NCBI GenBank assembly: GCA_033442325.1
Contig: JAWQFM010000003.1
Span: forward strand, 2,554,324-2,618,323
DNA length: 64,000 bases
From: Salpingoeca rosetta
Lineage: Eukaryota; Protista; Choanoflagellata
Reading direction: 5' to 3'
The translations under genes and the position numbers were made by a program. The notes beneath the pieces were generated by a model that saw only the letters and a program-made list of their open reading frames with translations, ran no database searches and was not told where the DNA came from. Positions 1-12,403 of this stretch are shown here, one piece after another. Position 1 is the stretch's first letter; every line of letters starts with the position of its first letter.

Positions 1-267
1 GTGTGTGCGTGTGTGAGTGTCTGTGTGACTTTCTGCGTGCATGTGTGTCTGTGTAAAATGCTCTGTGTTTGTGTCTGTGTATGCTGCACATGTGCGCAAT
101 GCGAAACAGTCTGTGCGGCCCTGCAGCTCCTAGATACAGTTGCACGCAGGCGTGATTGCTGGGTTGTTGGCGTCTTGGGCTGTTTGTGGCTTCCACCATG
201 ATCCCCCCCCCCAATCTTGGCCTGATGCACGTATTTTTCCCGCGCTGCGTTTGGTTTTCCACTGCAG

Positions 268-879
268 GGTGGCCCGGACAGCACGGCTCCTGGCCAGACG
301 CAGTATCGAATCGGCACTTATTCCTCGGCCCTCTTCAACACTGTTCCCAAGCTCATCGCGTATTACGTTGGTGGGTGCTTTGTGTACCTGTGTGTGTGTG
401 TGTATGTTTGTCTGTGTGTTTCTGTGTGTGTGTGCCTGTGTTCATCGGTGTGTATGTGTGTGTTTGTCTGTGTGTGTCTGTGTGTGTCTATGTCTCTCTG
501 TGTGTGTGCCTGTGTTCATCGGTGTGTATGTGTGTGTTTGTCTGTGTGTGTCTGTGTGTGTCTATGTCTCTCTGTGTGTGTGCCTGTGTTTATCGGTGTG
601 TATGTGTGTGTGTGTGTGTGTGTGGTAAGTTGGGTGCACACGCCGGTCCAGCCTGCTGTGTTTGCTTGGCTGCACACCAGCAATGCCAAACAAGCCATTG
701 GCGAGCCGACAGGGCACATTCCATCACTCATTCCTGTATCACCCTCCACTGTTGACTCACGCCACATTATTTTCACAGTGCACCCATATTTCGACGATGA
801 GATGCTGGCTGGCATTGTGCTGCCGGAAGAGCAGGAAGGCGGTTACAACTACATGGATGTGTGTCCCGTGCGGAAATGA
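268..879 (+). CDS. 3' end (last two exons, 268-370 and 779-879) of a probable SH2-domain protein; the gene starts upstream of the window
   Basis: The AG/GT-bounded exons splice in frame to [67 protein letters not shown]. 'YRIG...[13 protein letters not shown]' resembles the SH2 betaE-alphaB end (FxSVxELIxYY). Confidence 0.6.
   Translation, partial: GGPDSTAPGQTQYRIGTYSSALFNTVPKLIAYYVGGCFVYLCVCVYVCLCVSVCVCLCSSVCMCVFVCVCLCVSMSLCVCACVHRCVCVCLSVCVCVCLCLSVCVPVFIGVYVCVCVCVVSWVHTPVQPAVFAWLHTSNAKQAIGEPTGHIPSLIPVSPSTVDSRHIIFTVHPYFDDEMLAGIVLPEEQEGGYNYMDVCPVRK
425..625. repeat. ~74-bp minisatellite (about 3 copies) built from degenerate GT repeats, intronic
   Basis: The core tgtgcctgtgttcatcggtgtgtatg recurs at 431, 505 and 579 (the third copy has one mismatch). 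Confidence 0.85.
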
Positions 880-1462
880 GGATGGCCTGGTGTTATCGTT
901 TCATTGTGTCACCGTGCAATGGTGCCATGCACCCTTCCTCCTTCCCCCTCCTCAACTCTGGTTGCGTCTCGGCTATCATTGTGCTTCCGCTCGCTTCTCA
1001 GCTTGCTTTTTCACCTCACCACCACCACCTTTCATGCTTTCTGATTGATGATTGTTGCATTTTGACGGGTTACACATTGCCTTGGACTCATCCCCCTCCT
1101 CCTCATCATCATCTTCTTCATGCATCATCAGCACGTGCGTTAAACGGCTTTTCTTCCGTCTTGTTAAAGCCCATCCACCATAGACAACCCAAATGGGACT
1201 GACAAAACAAAAATGAATTACCATCTGTTCACGCACGAGTGGACATGCTGCCAGCTGAAAGGCTGAAGCCTTTGGATTCATGGACGTTGGTGAACAATGG
1301 AGTCACTGTTCCATAGTCGAGGGTGGCATGCGTATGGCGACACGGTGATGTGGATGCCAGTGGAACCGAAGGATTTGGTCGCAGCAAGTGTTCATTTTGG
1401 TGCAGCTGACGGTGCAAGTGAGCAGCATGAACCACGCCAAGTGCGAGCGAGAAGCCGAAGGG

Positions 1463-3413
1463 ATGGCATCGGAGGACGTCAACGGGTACCGGCGCGTACG
1501 GCTGGTGGGGTCTGGGTCGTTTGGCAAGGCGTGGCTCGTGCAGCGTAAGACATCGCTCTCGCAGTATGTGATGAAGGAGATTGCGGTGCGCTTGCTGGAC
1601 GAGGGTGCACGCAAGGCAGCCGTGAACGAGGTAATGGTGCTGCAGCAGCTGCGACACCCGTACATTGTGCGATACCGCGACGCCTTTTGCCACAACGGCA
1701 TGTTGTGCATCTGCATGGAATATGCGGCAGGTGGCGATCTTTCCGCTCGCATCGCAAAGCAGCGAGCGCAGGGCTTGTTTCCGGAGGCCAAGGTGCTGGA
1801 TTACCTCACCCAGCTCACGCTCGCGCTTGCATATCTACATCGAAAGAACATTCTGCACAGAGACCTCAAAAGCCAGGTGCGGGCACACACGACAGTCTTT
1901 GGTAACTCAAAGGCACCTTTCGTTCTGTGTATGCGTGTGTATGCGTGTGTGTGTGTGTGTCTGTGTGTGTCTGTGTGTGTCTGTGTGTGTGTGTGTGTTG
2001 TGATATGACGTGGGTTTGGTTCATGCGGCCCTCTCCCCGGTTATTCTGTCACTCGTGCCTCGTGTTCATCTCGCAGAGTGACATTATGCACCGCCTCACC
2101 ACGCCTCACCACGCCTCATCGGCCCGCTTGCACACACTATGTGCCACTGGCATGTCACTCAGAACGTGTTCTTGTCAGCGAGGGACCACGTCAAGCTGGG
2201 GGACTTTGGCATCTCAAAGGTGCTGACAGACACGCAGCAGCACGCGAGCACTCTGGTTGGCACGCCGTTCTATCTCTCGCCAGAGATTTGCATGTCCATG
2301 CCGTATGGGCAGAAGAGCGACACGTGGGCGCTGGGGTGCGTGCTGTATGAGCTGCTGACACTCAAGCACGCGTTCCGTGCACACAGCATCAGCAGCCTGA
2401 TGGTGCGCATCATGGGCGGCCACTACCCGGAGCCGAGCCTGGGCTACTCCGCGGCAACGCGGCGCCTGGTCCGCCACCTCCTCGATGTCCGGCCAGACAG
2501 CCGCTGGGACACGAGCGTCCTGCTCCAGCAGCACGTGCTGCAGCCGCATGTTCTCAAATACGTCAAGGCGTGCGACATGGACCATGTTCCCCTCGGACCC
2601 CACCTGCGCGCAGCCATCGCGGAGAAGGCCGCCGCACCACACGCCCAGCTGCGCAAGGAGCAGGTACAGGTGCAGCCGGCCCAGACGCGGCGACCGGTTC
2701 GGAAGCTACCAAGGCCGGAACCGTCATTGTCACCTTCGCCGATCAAGCGCCAGGATGTGCCCGACCGGGAGCACGAACATCAGCCAGGCCAGCCAGTGCA
2801 GAGGTCGCCCCAGCATGACCACCAGCACCAGCACCAGCACCAGCAGCAGCTTGTGGAAGATGGCCGAGCAAAAGTCACCCTTCGGACACCGCACACCGAA
2901 CGACTGACGAGCTGTGAACCCGACGACGAGGAATGGGGTGTGGAGGATGAGGAGGAAGAAGAAGAGACCACAGAGGAGAGAGGGGACGTCGAGTGCGTTG
3001 AAGAGCAAGGTGCACGCCAACACCAACAACAGCAACAGCAGCAGCACCAAGGGCATGGTCATCACCACAACAAAGACGCGAGGAATGCAAGCCGGTCAAC
3101 AGCGTCTGAGCAAGAGGAGGTGGCCAAGTTCATGCTTGGGGACGCAACGCTGCATCTGCAAGGCGTGAAGAGCGACGACAGCATGTTCACGAGGCTGGAG
3201 GCGCTTCGGCAGTTCCTGGAGCTGCGGCTTGGCGAAGACCGCCTCGCTGCCGCCTACGCAGAGGTCTACGCAACGCTGATGGATGACGACGATGACGATG
3301 ATGATGATAACGACGACGGCGATAGCTTGTGCCTGTCTGATCCCGTTGTGAACGTGTATGCGCCTTTAATCGTGCAGCTGGTGTACGCCGAGCTGTCGAC
3401 CAAGCATGACTGA
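1463..3413 (+). CDS. NEK1: NIMA-related kinase, NEK1-like (exons 1463-1876 and 2163-3413; alternative in-frame ATG at 1427)
   Basis: Kinase motifs GSGSFG, VMKEI, HRDLKSQ|NVFL, DFGISKVL and VGTPFYLSPE. The C-terminal 'FTRLEALRQFLELRLGEDRL..Y...LIVQLV' matches the conserved NEK1-type tail. Confidence 0.88.
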
Positions 3414-3681
3414 CGAACTGACCGGCAAGCTGGCAGCAGAGGACGCCCCGTGTCTGCCTGTGCCTGTGCCCGTGTCTGCCTGTGCCTGTGCCCGTGTCTG
3501 CCTGTGCATGTCACCGCCAGTGCATTTGTGTTCATGATCCGCACACTCGAGAACAAAAGGGGCCTAGAATCGCACATTTGGCGCTGTTAAGCGTGCATTA
3601 AACCCGTGTCGATGATGTCATCAAATCACATCTCATGTGCCATTCACATCATCACATCATCAAGCAGCCAAGCAAGCCGAG

Positions 3682-5294
3682 ATGACGACAACATCCTCAC
3701 CGCTGGTGGTGCTCATGCTGGCCACGGCGGCGGGGGTGGTGTTGGCTGCCCTGGTGCCTGCGGTGCACTGCATCCCAGACACACCATCTGCCAAACTGTA
3801 CGCCGACAACGACGGGAATCTGCTGGTAACAACATACGGCTTGAGCGGCGACGTGATCGTTGACGGCGTGCCCATCAAACGGAAGCTCAGTGAGCTCGAG
3901 CAGATGTACAACACCTTGGTGGAGCAAGTTGCTGGCCAGACTCAGAGCGGTACCGAAGGTGCCGGCAGCACGGGCTCAACAAACCCCGGCAGCGCAGCGA
4001 CTTGTTCCGGCTCTTACCCTGCTGGGGCATACTGCATGTTTGACACGACTGCGCTGCTCCTGAACAACCAACTCGCCTCCCGCAACCCACACATGCTGAC
4101 GCGCCTGCGGCACATTGCACAGTCAACGGCGACGCCCACGGCCTACGCATTCCACCAGACGGGGAAGAACAGTTTTGTTAACGTCGTGAACAACTTCACC
4201 ACCATCGTGTATGACAGGGAGCTGCACACGCTGCGCCCGACGCTCCCGCCAGTGTTCGACTCGAGTGCGGTGGAGCTGTACCAGTACCAGGGCCCCACGG
4301 TTGGGCACACGCAAATCGTGCACACGCTGGATGGCCGAGACTTGTTTCTTTGCTTGCTTCGGGATGAAGTCAGCGGCACGCAGCGCGTCAAGGCATTCGC
4401 TGTCACCGAGGATAGCGTCGACAGCACGCGCCTCACGCTGACGGAGGCGACAGATATCACGGCTGTTGGCCCGACCGCGTTGTGGTTTGTTGCGTCCCCC
4501 ACGCACGTTGTGGTCCCCAATACGAACAGCAAGGTGGCCATCTTCACCGTGGATTACGAAGTCACTGCCCCCGATGACTCCTTCTACTTTGACTTTGACA
4601 CAGGGAACACCCCGGAAGAGCAAGGCAAGGTGATTGTCGGGAGTGCAATCCTTCCCACCAGGGTCTATGTCGCCCTGGCAAAGAACGGCAAGGGTAGCGT
4701 GCGCGTCTTCACGCTTCCCTCGGACGGGTCAAACCCAGAGCTGCTCAACCAGAAGCTCACGTTTGATGTTGGTATTCGTGACATCTACACGCTCGGAGAG
4801 GACCGCCTTGTTGTTCGTCTCGCCGATGACAACAGCACGAACGTCGTGTACGACCTCAGCACCAACGCCTTCACCGTGAGTTGCAGGGGAGGGGGTTGTG
4901 TGTGTGTGTGCGTATGTGTGTGTGTGTGTTTGTGTTTGTGTGGAAGGGGGGGGGGTTGGGTGGTCACACATTGTACGTGCAGGTATGCGTCACGGCTGTG
5001 TTGTTTATCCGCTTTTCTTTGTCGGCCCCTCATCACTTCATCAGCACCTTGCTGCACCTCAACTCATTCATGAATCACGCATCGTGCATGCTGCCACGTT
5101 TAATGCATGTCCTCTCTCGTTTCTCCACTTCCACTGCTTGCCGTGTGTGTTCGAACAAAGAACCGTGGCTCGTTCATCTTGCCGACAGACACGACGGGCA
5201 CAACCAACTTTGACGTGAACGGCTGCCTTGCTCTCTTTTCCACTCCCAACGTACGTGCAGGCTGTGCGTGCGTGTGTATGTGCGCTGTGACAGG

Positions 5295-5373
<79 letters not shown>

Positions 5374-5648
5374 CACTGTGTTTGCTGGCACGTTGATGAC
5401 CCCCCCCCCCCTGCCTTTCAGTTCACCCGGCACATGCTCACATCACTTCACACTACTGAACACTGTCCCCTCTGTGTACATGCACATCACGACCACCACA
5501 ACAACAGGATGGCCTGCATCTTTTCAACCTGACAACAGCCGTTCCCACGAACATCCTCACCCTGCCCCACCCTGGCGGTAACCCACGCGTCGCGGCAACA
5601 GCAAATGGTTTTGCAGTCACAAACAGCACCCACCTCTTGTTCTACTGA
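3682..5648 (+). CDS. Secreted protein with a signal peptide, a 'DGNL..V.VDG' + coiled-coil N-module and a beta-strand-rich (propeller-like) body; exons 3682-4875, 5161-5250, 5508-5648
   Basis: Hydrophobic N-terminus (LVVLMLATAAGVVLAALVPAVHC), a long codon-biased ORF, and phase-0 GT-AG junctions giving a continuous frame that ends ...FAVTNSTHLLFY*. Confidence 0.75.
5294..5392. repeat. (GTT)~33 trinucleotide microsatellite in an intron
   Basis: Uninterrupted gtt repeat, seen directly. Confidence 0.95.
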
Positions 5649-5660
5649 CCGAGGTTGTGC

Positions 5661-5701
<41 letters not shown>

Positions 5702-5811
5702 TGTGTGTGTGCGGCGGGCGAGTTGATCTAATGATACGATTGTTTAGAGTCATTCACGTCAATAAAGACAAGATGCACGAAATACAACTGAAGTTATGGC
5801 ACACACAAGTA

Positions 5812-5873
<62 letters not shown>

Positions 5874-5915
5874 GCACGTGTTTCCATCAGCCTTCGCATA
5901 CGGTGCCTGCTGCCA

Positions 5916-7639
5916 TCACGCTTTCCTCGGCTTCATCACATTGCGTTGAACGGCCTCAAAGTCAATCTCAATCTCCGTTTCCGTCGGCTCAAACCGCCTG
6001 CACACACACACACACACGCACAAGCACACACACACACACAAGCACACACACACACACACACAAGCACATACACATACATGTGGGGAAGCAGCACCAAGTC
6101 AACGTGACTATGGAATGGTTGAGGTGGGATGTGACCACACATGCAAAAGCAGCTTGGGATCGAGACACGTGCATGGCAAACCGACCTGCACTTGACGCGT
6201 GCAAGCTTGAACAAGCGGCGGCTGGCCATGTACGGTGTTGCATTGTGCATCTTCAACAAAGGGAGAGGTTCGTTGCATCCGCGTGCGTGTGCGCATGCGC
6301 GCATGTGAGTTGTCAGTTGTGCTTGTATGTGTGTGCGCGTCTGCGTGCGCATGTGCATGGTAGCACAGGAGCACTTGATGGCGACCAGCAAACACACACA
6401 GCACAAGTACAGCAAACACAAGGCAGAGAGGGGTCGCTCAGCGGACCTCATCTGCGACGTAGACAACCTCCTTGATGCCGGCTTGGATGATGAGCTTGGC
6501 AGACTCGTTGTCGGGAAACTGCATCACATATCTGACGGGTGAGCGTGTATGAGTGAGTGAGTGAGTGAGTGAGTGTAGATGTGTGTGTGTGTGTGAGTGC
6601 GTGAGTGTGCATATGTGTGAGTGAGCGAGTGTGTGTGTGTGTGTTGGATGGGTTCGTGTACGCGCTTGCTGATTCGTGTGCTTCCGCCGGCCCTTCAGCC
6701 CCACAACTAGCATCCTCACCTCTCACACACATGGACACACACACACACACACACACACACGTACACACACTCAAACACAATGACAACAACCCACATGCGA
6801 CAGCCGCGAATGCTGGACGAGTTGCGGTTGAGAATGGCGTTCATCTCTGCCTGACAGACAAAGGGGTACTTTGTGTCAAGGACCGAGTCTCCTTGGCTGC
6901 GCCATGGCAGCTTGTCATCGCTACATCCGCGTGGCATCCCATTGTACCCTGGCGACGGGCGTGCACATGGAGACGACAACGACAATAATGTCAGCAGTGC
7001 TGGCTGGGTGCGACTCAGTGGTGGCACAACACCGCAAAGGCATACCACAGTTGATCGCAGCACTTGACGGATGCAACACGAGGGCAATGACACAAAGAAG
7101 CGGAGGAAGGCGCCCAGTTGCATAGCTGAAATCGACGCACCAATGCCGACGATCTTGTTCTCTGAATTGACGATGCAAGCACCAAACTGGGACCTGTCAG
7201 TCGTGATGTGTGCGTGTGTGCGTGTGTGTGTGAGAGAGAGTGTGTGTGTGTGTGTGAGAGAGAGAGAGTGTGTGTGTGTGTGTGAGTGGGTTAGAGTGAC
7301 AGTGAATGTGTGCGCGCACAAGCAGGAGAGCGAGAGAGTCACTCTCTGAGTGTGTGAGTGAGTGAGTGTGTGTGTGTGTGTGTGAGTGAGTGTACCGCAA
7401 ATCACCACCACCACCACCACCAACAACAACAAAGATGTGTTGAAAAAGCCCCTTCCTCCCCTCCCCTCTCACACTCCCACATCTCACCCTTGACTGCTTG
7501 CCCCGCTTGGCCACTCTTACTCTGGGTCCTTGCTTCGCTGGGCTGAAAGGAAGGCCACTGCCATGAAGTAATCCTCCCAGCAGATGTGCCGCTGTCGTCG
7601 CGGCTGTGGCTGCGGCTGTGGCTGTGGCGGCATTTCCAT
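5916..7639 (-). CDS. DCTD-like: dCMP deaminase homologue lacking its zinc ligands (probable pseudoenzyme); exons 7639-7521, 7193-7141, 6948-6795, 6531-6447, 6250-6186, 5997-5916
   Basis: Spliced protein: [53 protein letters not shown]...TKYPFVCQAEMNAILN...IYVMQFPDNESAKLIIQAGIKEVVY...RRFEPTETEIEIDF. It is colinear with eukaryotic DCTD, but HAE has become QAE and PCNEC has become PDNES. Confidence 0.9.
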
Positions 7640-7689
7640 CGTTGTGTTGTCCTCCTCCTCTTGTTTTCTTGGCGGCAAAAGGACTTTGC

Positions 7690-7711
7690 TGGTTTCTGCT
7701 GACTCAGCAAT
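7690..7711. promoter_or_regulatory. Candidate bZIP site containing a perfect T-MARE palindrome TGCTGACTCAGCA (7697-7709), about 60 bp upstream of the DCTD-like ATG
   Basis: The 22-mer tggtttctgctgactcagcaat is identical to 61125-61146. Confidence 0.5.
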
Positions 7712-8002
7712 ATTGCTTCGCACCAGACCGCAACTGTCGGAGTTTGCTGCCGCTGCGAGTTGTCATGTCTCACATCATCACGCAAGCTTCCGTGCGTGCC
7801 TCAAAGCGTTTAATGGTTGCACGGTTGTGTATGTTTGTGAAATACGACACGAAGGCAATGACACCCCTCCTACACCTTCCCATCCCCGCTCTCCTTCCTC
7901 GATCAATGAAACTTAGTGGCATCACATCACCAGTTCAAACTGCAAACTTGCGGTAGCGATGCGATGAGAACCCTGTTGACTATGTGCCCGTCCCAGGCGC
8001 GA

Positions 8003-9207
8003 TCACCTTCCCTTTCGTTTCCGTCCGAGCAACGACTCCCACCTGCAGTAGCGCATGCGACAATGGAGGGAGTGGAAGAGGCAACACACGCAGACAACAC
8101 ACGGAGGCAACAACATCCGCGTCAGCAATAGCAAATGTCAGCGCATACATGCGAATCTACAAGCAATGGCCACGCAAAATCCATATGCACTGACAAACGC
8201 TTCCAAACTCATATGCACACACACACAGACACACACTCAAACACAGAGACGCAAACGCGCACAGACACAGCCACACACAGCCACACACAGACACACGCGT
8301 GCACAGACACACACACGCACGCATGCGCACACAGCACGCACGAACCATCCAAAGCCCCAGAAGTGCTTGTCGGTAAACTTGGGTTTGGCGCGCGCGTCGC
8401 GTTTGGAGAGCCAGTCCCTTGCGGCCGCCGTGGCCGAGGCCGAGGGAGCAGCGTTCTCCACGTCAAAGACACCCGTGTTGCTGCCCAGCTCAAGGAACGC
8501 AGCGTCGATGCCAACCATGCCCAGTCCAGGCTGGCAACGTGGGACGCACCCACAAACACACACATGCATGGTCAGCGAAGACGAAATGGTGGCGAAAGAA
8601 ATGCGCAAAGGTAGAATGGAGAAGCAAACAGGCAACACAGATATTGACTCTGTGCGTTGTCGATGTGGGCTGTACAGTGCAATCACACCTGGTGTGGCTG
8701 CGATAGGTAGCTTGGGCTTCGCATTTCATTCAGGCGCGAGATGCACCGCTTTGATGCAAACAGCTCCTCCTCGCCCGTAAACAGCATGTTCTTGTACACA
8801 TCTGGTCCATCGCGCCCCAACTGCATCAACGTCGTTGTGGTCACGCGGTCATGTGTGTGTTCGTCAGTGCGCGCGTGTGTGAGTGTGTGTTTGAGAGACA
8901 GAGACAGAGACAGAGACAGAGACAGAGGCAGACAGACAGACAGACAGACAGACAGAGATACAGAGAGACAGACAGGCAGAGTCACTGAGCGTGTTGTTGC
9001 TTGCACGCGACTTGCTCGTGATCAACCAAGAAACATGCAGCGTGTATCGCAAAATGGAGGACCACGGCTGGATGTTGATTCGCAACACTGCACGAGTTGC
9101 ATTCAAACCAGCCGCAATCGAATACCAACGTACGTCATACATCATCTCGCCAAGCATGTCACCATGCATAATCTCAAACCGGTCGTGATCCGTGTCGTCC
9201 ACCTGTC

Positions 9208-9241
<34 letters not shown>

Positions 9242-9741
9242 CCAGTTCAGTGTCGTGGGTTGTTGTACGTGCGTGCAAGTGCCACAGAAGGCGCACAATG
9301 ACGCAACTGCTTGTACCGCTCCAAGGTATTCTCACCACCACCTGTCTCTGCACCACCACCACCACCACAATGCATCACCACCACCAGCAACAGCAGCACT
9401 TAGTCTCTTCACCACCCCCATCAATATCAGCACCACCACACCCCCATCAATATCAGCACCACCTCAAGGAAGAGGCGATCGATGGGGAGTTCGACGGCGG
9501 CGAAGAGTTTCGTGCGGCACTCGTACAGCGCATCGATGAGTGTGATGAACCGCCGCGCCTCGTTCCGCGACGACATGCGCAGCTGGTGCAGTCGTGGTGG
9601 TCATGGTGGTCGTGGTGGTGCAGTTGTGGCGTGTGTGGGTAGGCGAGTGAGCGAGCGAGCGAGCGGGTGAGTGAGTGAATTAACACTTGGATCATCCACC
9701 CACTTCTTCGCCTCCCTCGCATTTTTCCACGCTATCCATCG

Positions 9742-9829
<88 letters not shown>

Positions 9830-10327
9830 CTGGTGTACCTTTGGAATGCCTGCAAGGAAGACGGAGTGGAACTGACGGGCGATGGCAAGATAGTCGGCTG
9901 GGCCGAGCGCAGAGCCGCACAGATAGGAAAAGTCAAAGTAGGCGTGGCCCTCACGCGTGCTGTGGGGAATGCTCACGTTGCGCCCAAACACATGCACAGA
10001 CGCAGGCCGCACACGCTGTGCGTGTGTGTGTGTGTGTGTGTGAGTGAGAGGCAGTGAGACCATGGTCGTGATGTGTGCTTTGAATATGCACACAGGTGGC
10101 AAGGTGTTTACCGCAACATGTGTAACTCATGAGGCATGCACGCAAAAGCACGCAACAGCAAACCTTGTCCTCGGTGAGTGTCTCCCATGTTTCCTGCAGA
10201 ATGTCTGTTGCGTCGTCGCCAACGAAGATGGGGTCCGCAAACATGCCTGCGCGGCCAAAGATGTGTGGGAGGGGGGCGTGTTGGTGAGCAAAACGACCAC
10301 ATGTCAAATGCGCACTCGATGCGCAAG

Positions 10328-10396
<69 letters not shown>

Positions 10397-11509
10397 GCGG
10401 CTGCCTCAATCTCAACACCAACCAACCAACCAAACAAACAAACAAACAAACAAACAAACTTGCACAGCGGGGGACCTTGGTGGTCGGCGGCCTCTGGCAT
10501 GAGCTCGCGATAGTCAACATCCGAGTCGACGCGAAACACGGAGCAATTCTCCTCCACCACGCGCACAAACGGCTCAAAGAGCGCCTCCTTGAAGTGGCCC
10601 TGGTACAGGTCGCACGGCGGGCGGTTGCTGGTGGCGACAACAACAACGCCATAGTCGTGCAGGTGTGTGAAGAGGCGATAGAGAATGCCAGCGGTGCCGA
10701 CGTCTGGGATTTGCATCTCGTCAAAGCACAGCACGCGCGCCTGTGGGTGGCGGATGTGGTGAGGTGGGAAGTGGGACACGTGAGGGCGTGATGGTGGTGA
10801 GACGGCGAAGGCAATAATAGGTGGTTGCAGTGGCTGAGTGCTTTACACCTGACTACCAATGCCCAGAACCCAAAGCATGAACAAACCCACAAATGCGTCA
10901 CACACACCACAACATACGACACACACACACACGGCACACACCACACACACACCACACACACACACCACACACACATGCACACACATACACATGCATACAC
11001 ATACACACACATGCGCACACATACACATGCATACACATACACACACATGCGCACACATACACATGCATACACATACACACACATGCGCACACAACACACA
11101 ACACACGACACACACACACACGGCACACACCGCATACACGCACGCACGCACGCGCGGAAAGCGAACCTGTCGAGCGATGTTCTTGGCCACGAGATGGGTC
11201 ATGTTGTGGTCGTACTTCGCCCTGTGCTCTTCATCACAGAGGAAGGAGAGGCGGTGAAGGTGCTGCAGGGTGTCGCGCATGAAGCTGTGAAAGTGAATAC
11301 GAAGCTTCTGCTTCACAGGCAACGTGTCGTAGAAGAGGTCCATCAGCATGCTCTTGCCGCAGCCAACGCTTCCCCTGCACATGATGGTGTGCGGGGTTGC
11401 GGTCAGTTGTGGTGAGTTGCGGTGAGTTGTGGTGAGTTGTGGTGAGTTGTGGTGAGTTGTGGTGAGTTGAACGCCACGACAGAAGGCACAGCGGCGGAGC
11501 TGGGCAAGG

Positions 11510-11554
<45 letters not shown>

Positions 11555-12158
11555 ACACACAAAGACACACACACACAAAGACACACACACACAGACACAC
11601 ACACATACACACAGACACACACACACACATACACACAGATACAGACACACACCATAGATAGACGCCACGAGGGGCGGTTGTCAGCTGCGGCAAGTCGACA
11701 TTGTCCAGGTCCTCCTCAAGCACTTTCGTGTCGACCTTCAACTCCTTTGCCATCATCATGGAGCGCGAGCCAGTGTGAGCAGGCGCGGTTGTTATACATG
11801 GTGAATCGAGGCAAAGACAACAGACAGCAACGAAGCAAGACACCGGCCGGGAAAGAGGGTGCACAATACAGCGGAGAGGCTGGGCGAGAGGGTGTTTGAG
11901 CACCATGGTGGGGGCTTGCTGGCGCGCGTCGTAGCTAACCTGTGCGTGTCGCTCAAATGCCTTGTCATCCTCCGTGAAGCCATACAGCTTTCGTTGCGTG
12001 TCCTCATGTTCCCGCACAGCTTCCTTGATGCGCTCTTGCTTAATCTGCTTGTAGCGGTGGACGACGTGCTCGTCGTGTGCTTGTACCGGCGACGGGTCAA
12101 ATGCGCACAGCTCGCTGTGCAGCTTGTCCAACAGCACCAGCGCCTCCAACTGTGTGTA

Positions 12159-12218
<60 letters not shown>

Positions 12219-12334
12219 CGTGCGTGTGTGTGTGCATGCATTTGGGTGAGACGAGGTGTGTTTCCATTCACAAGGAAGTGACCTGAAGTGTGTGGCGCAC
12301 CACTCCAGCGTGGGCCCAAGATGCCGCCCCCCCC

Positions 12335-12403
<69 letters not shown>

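Noticed and set aside
1297-1548. 83-aa ORF overlapping the NEK start
   Set aside because: It is out of frame with the kinase, has no convincing splice into it and no recognisable motif; at most a uORF.
5916-7639. Calling the DCTD-like locus a pseudogene
   Set aside because: There are no frameshifts or stops, all splice sites are canonical, and conservation outside the Zn ligands is high.
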